64,000 bases of DNA from the NCBI RefSeq assembly GCF_006345805.1, contig NC_042998.1:155558001-155622000 (forward strand). Direction: 5' to 3'. The position numbers were made by a program, and so were the translations under genes. Each line of letters starts with the position of its first letter. Position 1 is the first letter of the stretch. Below the pieces are notes generated by a model that was given only the letters and a program-made list of their open reading frames with translations, did no database searches and had not been told where the DNA came from. Source of the DNA: Octopus sinensis (lineage: Eukaryota). Positions 60,601 to 64,000 of this stretch are shown here, in pieces.

Positions 60601-61809
60601 CCTCACAGATAAGTTAATCTTTATTTTTTTTTAGTGTGTCTATGAGTAGTTTGTATAGATAATAAACACTGCTGTTTTTTGTTTTGAAAGTAAGATACAT
60701 GAGAAAATAGAATGAAAAATTTATTTAATTCTTTGTTATCGGAGAAAAAAATGTGTGAAAGGAAAATAAAGCAAAGCGTCAATCACATTTCAAGATTCAC
60801 CCACCAGAATTTCCATGATTCCCACTAGTTATGATCAGGTACAAGTACTGTATTATCAAAAGGAAAGAGTACTGGACACAATTTACAAAGGTAATAATTA
60901 AAAATAGTAAAAAACATTTTTTTAAAGTACCAGAAGAAATGATGACTGATTTATATATCAGAGATTCAGTTCTGTATTCATATTTCAAGAAATCATATTC
61001 ATAGAATTGCTCTGTTTTGTACCTTTTGGAATACCAGACGAAATAAAGTTTCTATTAAAAAAATAAGGAAAAACTTTGCCTTGACATACAAAACTGATGG
61101 CATAATTACATCCAGATACTTCTCACAGGCTTTGTTTTCTCATAACTTTCTCAATAACACATACTTCTTAGTGAAATTTTGCAGAGGTGTTTTCGTGATG
61201 TAGATGACAATCATATCGATAGTTTATATACACAAAGAAAACCGTCTTTTTCTTTTACTCAGAAAAGTCCATATTTTTTAAAGCATTCAATAACTTACAA
61301 AAACTGAAGATCATAAAAAATAATGATCTTTGAACAACATTAAAAAAACTGTGACTATCTTTACAAGTAGTCAATTATATAACATCCAAGAAACATCATA
61401 GCAACATGTTAAACATTGATAATCATTAGGTTACATGAAGAAAACTTTATGAATGACTACTTTTAATTACTTTTTGCAAACCATTATTATAGTTTTTTTG
61501 AAATCTAAACGTCTGTCACAAAACTTCCACTTCAGTTTGCAACTTCCCACTATATGCATGTACAAAGACACACATATTTCTCAATAATATCATTAAATAC
61601 TTTTGAACAAAATTACGAATGTCTTTCTGTATGTCTGTATGTATAGTATATATGTACACACAGGTACATATATATGAATTTAACCGAAGTATTGCATCTG
61701 TCTATACTTGTATGCATGTTCTCTTCTGTTTTTAATTATTGAAATTATTTCTCAGAGGAAATATCTAACAAAGATATAAAGTTTTATCACTGGAATGTTG
61801 ATAACAAAT

Positions 61810-62370
61810 ACATCACATTTTAAACTTGAGAAAAGTCTTGCATAATTTTACTGTTACACTTACTATTTGTAATGTGCAAGTTAGTTGGTTGATTTCCTTT
61901 TCTGAAAACTCTAGTATATACAGATTGTCACTTAGATATTTACTCACAAAACCAAGTGCACTTATTATTATTAGTATAAACGTAAATTTATAATCTGGAT
62001 ATAGAAGCTGGAGGTTTTGAAGTAGTTGTTCATAGTTACCCTCTTTTTCTTTGATATTTAAAGAGCTATTCACATCAGCAGGACAACTGACCTCTGTGAT
62101 GGAACATACTTTTTCAAGTTTATTCCAAGCAACAATATCCAGCCTGTTATGTTTACTTGACAGATGTTTTAATGGGAATGTTCTACCAGTATTCCTTGTG
62201 TTGATGTATTCAATAACAAAAGGGATTCTCAGAATTTATTCCAGGACAGTCTTTTTTTCAAATGACATTGTATATTGTTTCTGTGACAATGTCATGTCAC
62301 ATAGTACCTTGATGTTTTGGGTAGCTGCTAATTACAGGTGCTGTTCCTCTCAGAAATATGACAATCTACA
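61810..62370 (-). mobile_element. RLE-type (R4-like) non-LTR 3' end: restriction-like endonuclease remnant
   Basis: KHNRLDIVAWNK...ITEVSCPADVN..KE..YEQLLQNLQLLYPDYKF...IISALG...TVKLCKTFLKF. Confidence 0.75.
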
Positions 62371-62389
62371 TTGTATTTATGGCTGAATG

Positions 62390-63435
62390 CCCTTCCTAAC
62401 GTCATCCACTCCAAGAGTGTAATGAGTGCATTTTACGTGCTACCGGCACGGGTGCCAGTTACATGGCAACAGCATCAACCACAACTACAATTTCACTAGG
62501 CTTCAGTCTCCTGTCTTCCTGGATCTACCTCTTCCACAAGTTCCCTCCACAGTTTGAGATTGGCACTTCACACAGCTGCCCTTGTCCATTACATCATATG
62601 ACTATACCTACGCAGTTGTGTCTTGCACACTGCATCTGATGCCTCTTATACCCAACTCTTCTCTCAATATGCTTACACTCTGTCATACATGCACACTGAC
62701 ATTGCACATTTAGTAAAACATATTAGCTTCATTTCTTTCAAGCCTATGCATGACCTTGGCAGTCACAGCCTGTGTTTTACTGCTATGTAGCATGGCTGTT
62801 CACACACAAGCATCATACAAGCTGTCTTTCAATCTGAATGGCCCTTTGTTATCAACAGAGGTAGGAGCTCTCCGAACTTTGCCCAGCCTATTCTTATTCT
62901 TACAGCTATTCTTTCAGAGCAGCCACCTCCACTACTGACCTGGTCATCTAGATAACAGAAACTACTAACTACTTCTAGCTTTCCCCACTGACATTTGATA
63001 GAGTTTATTTTCTGTTTAGAGTTTATTTATTGTACCTGTACACCTTCCACACACAAAAATTATTTTCCCTGTTAACCTTCCTCTGACATTACTGCATCTC
63101 TTATGTGTCCCTAGCTTACACCATACACCAGATACATCTTACGGCGTTTCTACCAATGGCTTTTCCACAGATTGAGCAGGACAATTTACCTGAAGGGATT
63201 TGTGATTTGTCTGCTTTCCTACTTACTAAGACTTTGGTTTTTGCTAGATTAAATCTAAGGTCCTTTGATTCTAGACCTTGCTTCCACACCTGAAATTTCT
63301 TCTCTAGTTCTGGTAGTGTTTTGGCTATAAGAGCTAGGTCATCAGCATAGAAGAGCTCCCAGGGGTAGCCCATCTTAAATTCCTCTGTTATTGCCTGGAG
63401 GATTATGAGTACTGATCCTTGTTGGACCCCCTACT
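62390..63435 (-). mobile_element. RTE-clade LINE fragment (RT end, C4HC3 finger, 3' UTR)
   Basis: LFYADDLAL, LNLAKTKVL, CSICGKAIGRNAVRC, and 3' UTR modules. Confidence 0.88.
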
Positions 63436-64000
63436 TGTACTCTGAATTCATTGCTATTATAGAATTTTTTTTTTTTCAGTGAAATGAAATGAACTGTATA
63501 TGAACATTATAATTGCAACGCCGTATTGGAAAGGCTAATTTCATATGTTTAATATGTAATTTATAAATGCATTGTATATATTGATGTGTTATAACTATTA
63601 ATTCAAATGTATTGAAAAAAAATATGTATTACAAATTTTTTTTTCGCAAAATTTTAACAATTTTTCTGGTGAAAGGCTGATTGTAACAAGTAGCCATTTT
63701 AGCCATTTTTGAAATAAAGCGCGAATTGGCAATATGACGTAATGTCGTATTGCCGAAGAATTATTATTTTCGTTTTTCCCATTGGTTGATATAACTGCTC
63801 ATGAAGATTCTAAAAAGTTACGTAAAGAATATTTGTAATGGATTTCGATTCTTTTAAGCCAAGTTGAGCAGTTATAAAAACCCTGGATTTTGGGAAAAAC
63901 TTTAGTGTTTGTTGGATGTAACTGAACTCCACGACACTTTGAGACATTGCTGATTTTCATGCCATGTCCAAAGAAAATCACAAGTCTATTTTGAATCGTT

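Overview
AT-rich metazoan genomic DNA. The SINE and RTE repeats look like those abundant in Octopus genomes; this is my inference, not a database result. The window is almost entirely intronic or intergenic and packed with decayed transposons: non-LTR clades CR1/L2-group, RTE (several copies), R4/Dong, HERO, CRE, Tx1 and Penelope; DNA transposons mariner/Tc1, pogo/Tigger, MULE, Merlin-like MITEs and Helitrons; a Gypsy remnant; and tRNA-type and Nin-domain SINEs. Only one convincing host coding exon was found (minus strand, 12324-12505), encoding an EF-hand-like N-terminus of the LRMP/IRAG2/KASH5 type. The most striking structure is at 50.8-59.5 kb: a ~330-bp repeat family carrying a complete type I hammerhead ribozyme (57904-57951) and a covarying degenerate copy (59257-59305). 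One monomer is split just upstream of the ribozyme by two different head-to-tail Tx1-like LINEs (one ORF1-only, one ORF1+ORF2). Both end in the same junction, ATAATAAA-n8-CTCTAGCAGAC, and an uninterrupted monomer lies 1.3 kb further on. This suggests a sequence-specific LINE family that targets hammerhead (retrozyme/Penelope-pLTR-like) repeats. Other notable items are a LINE-SINE pair sharing a covarying 3' stem-loop, a 2.2-kb fold-back duplication, Merlin-like MITEs with telomere-like cores, and a PHD finger inside the RTE ORF. Alignments and counts were done by eye, and most TE boundaries are approximate.
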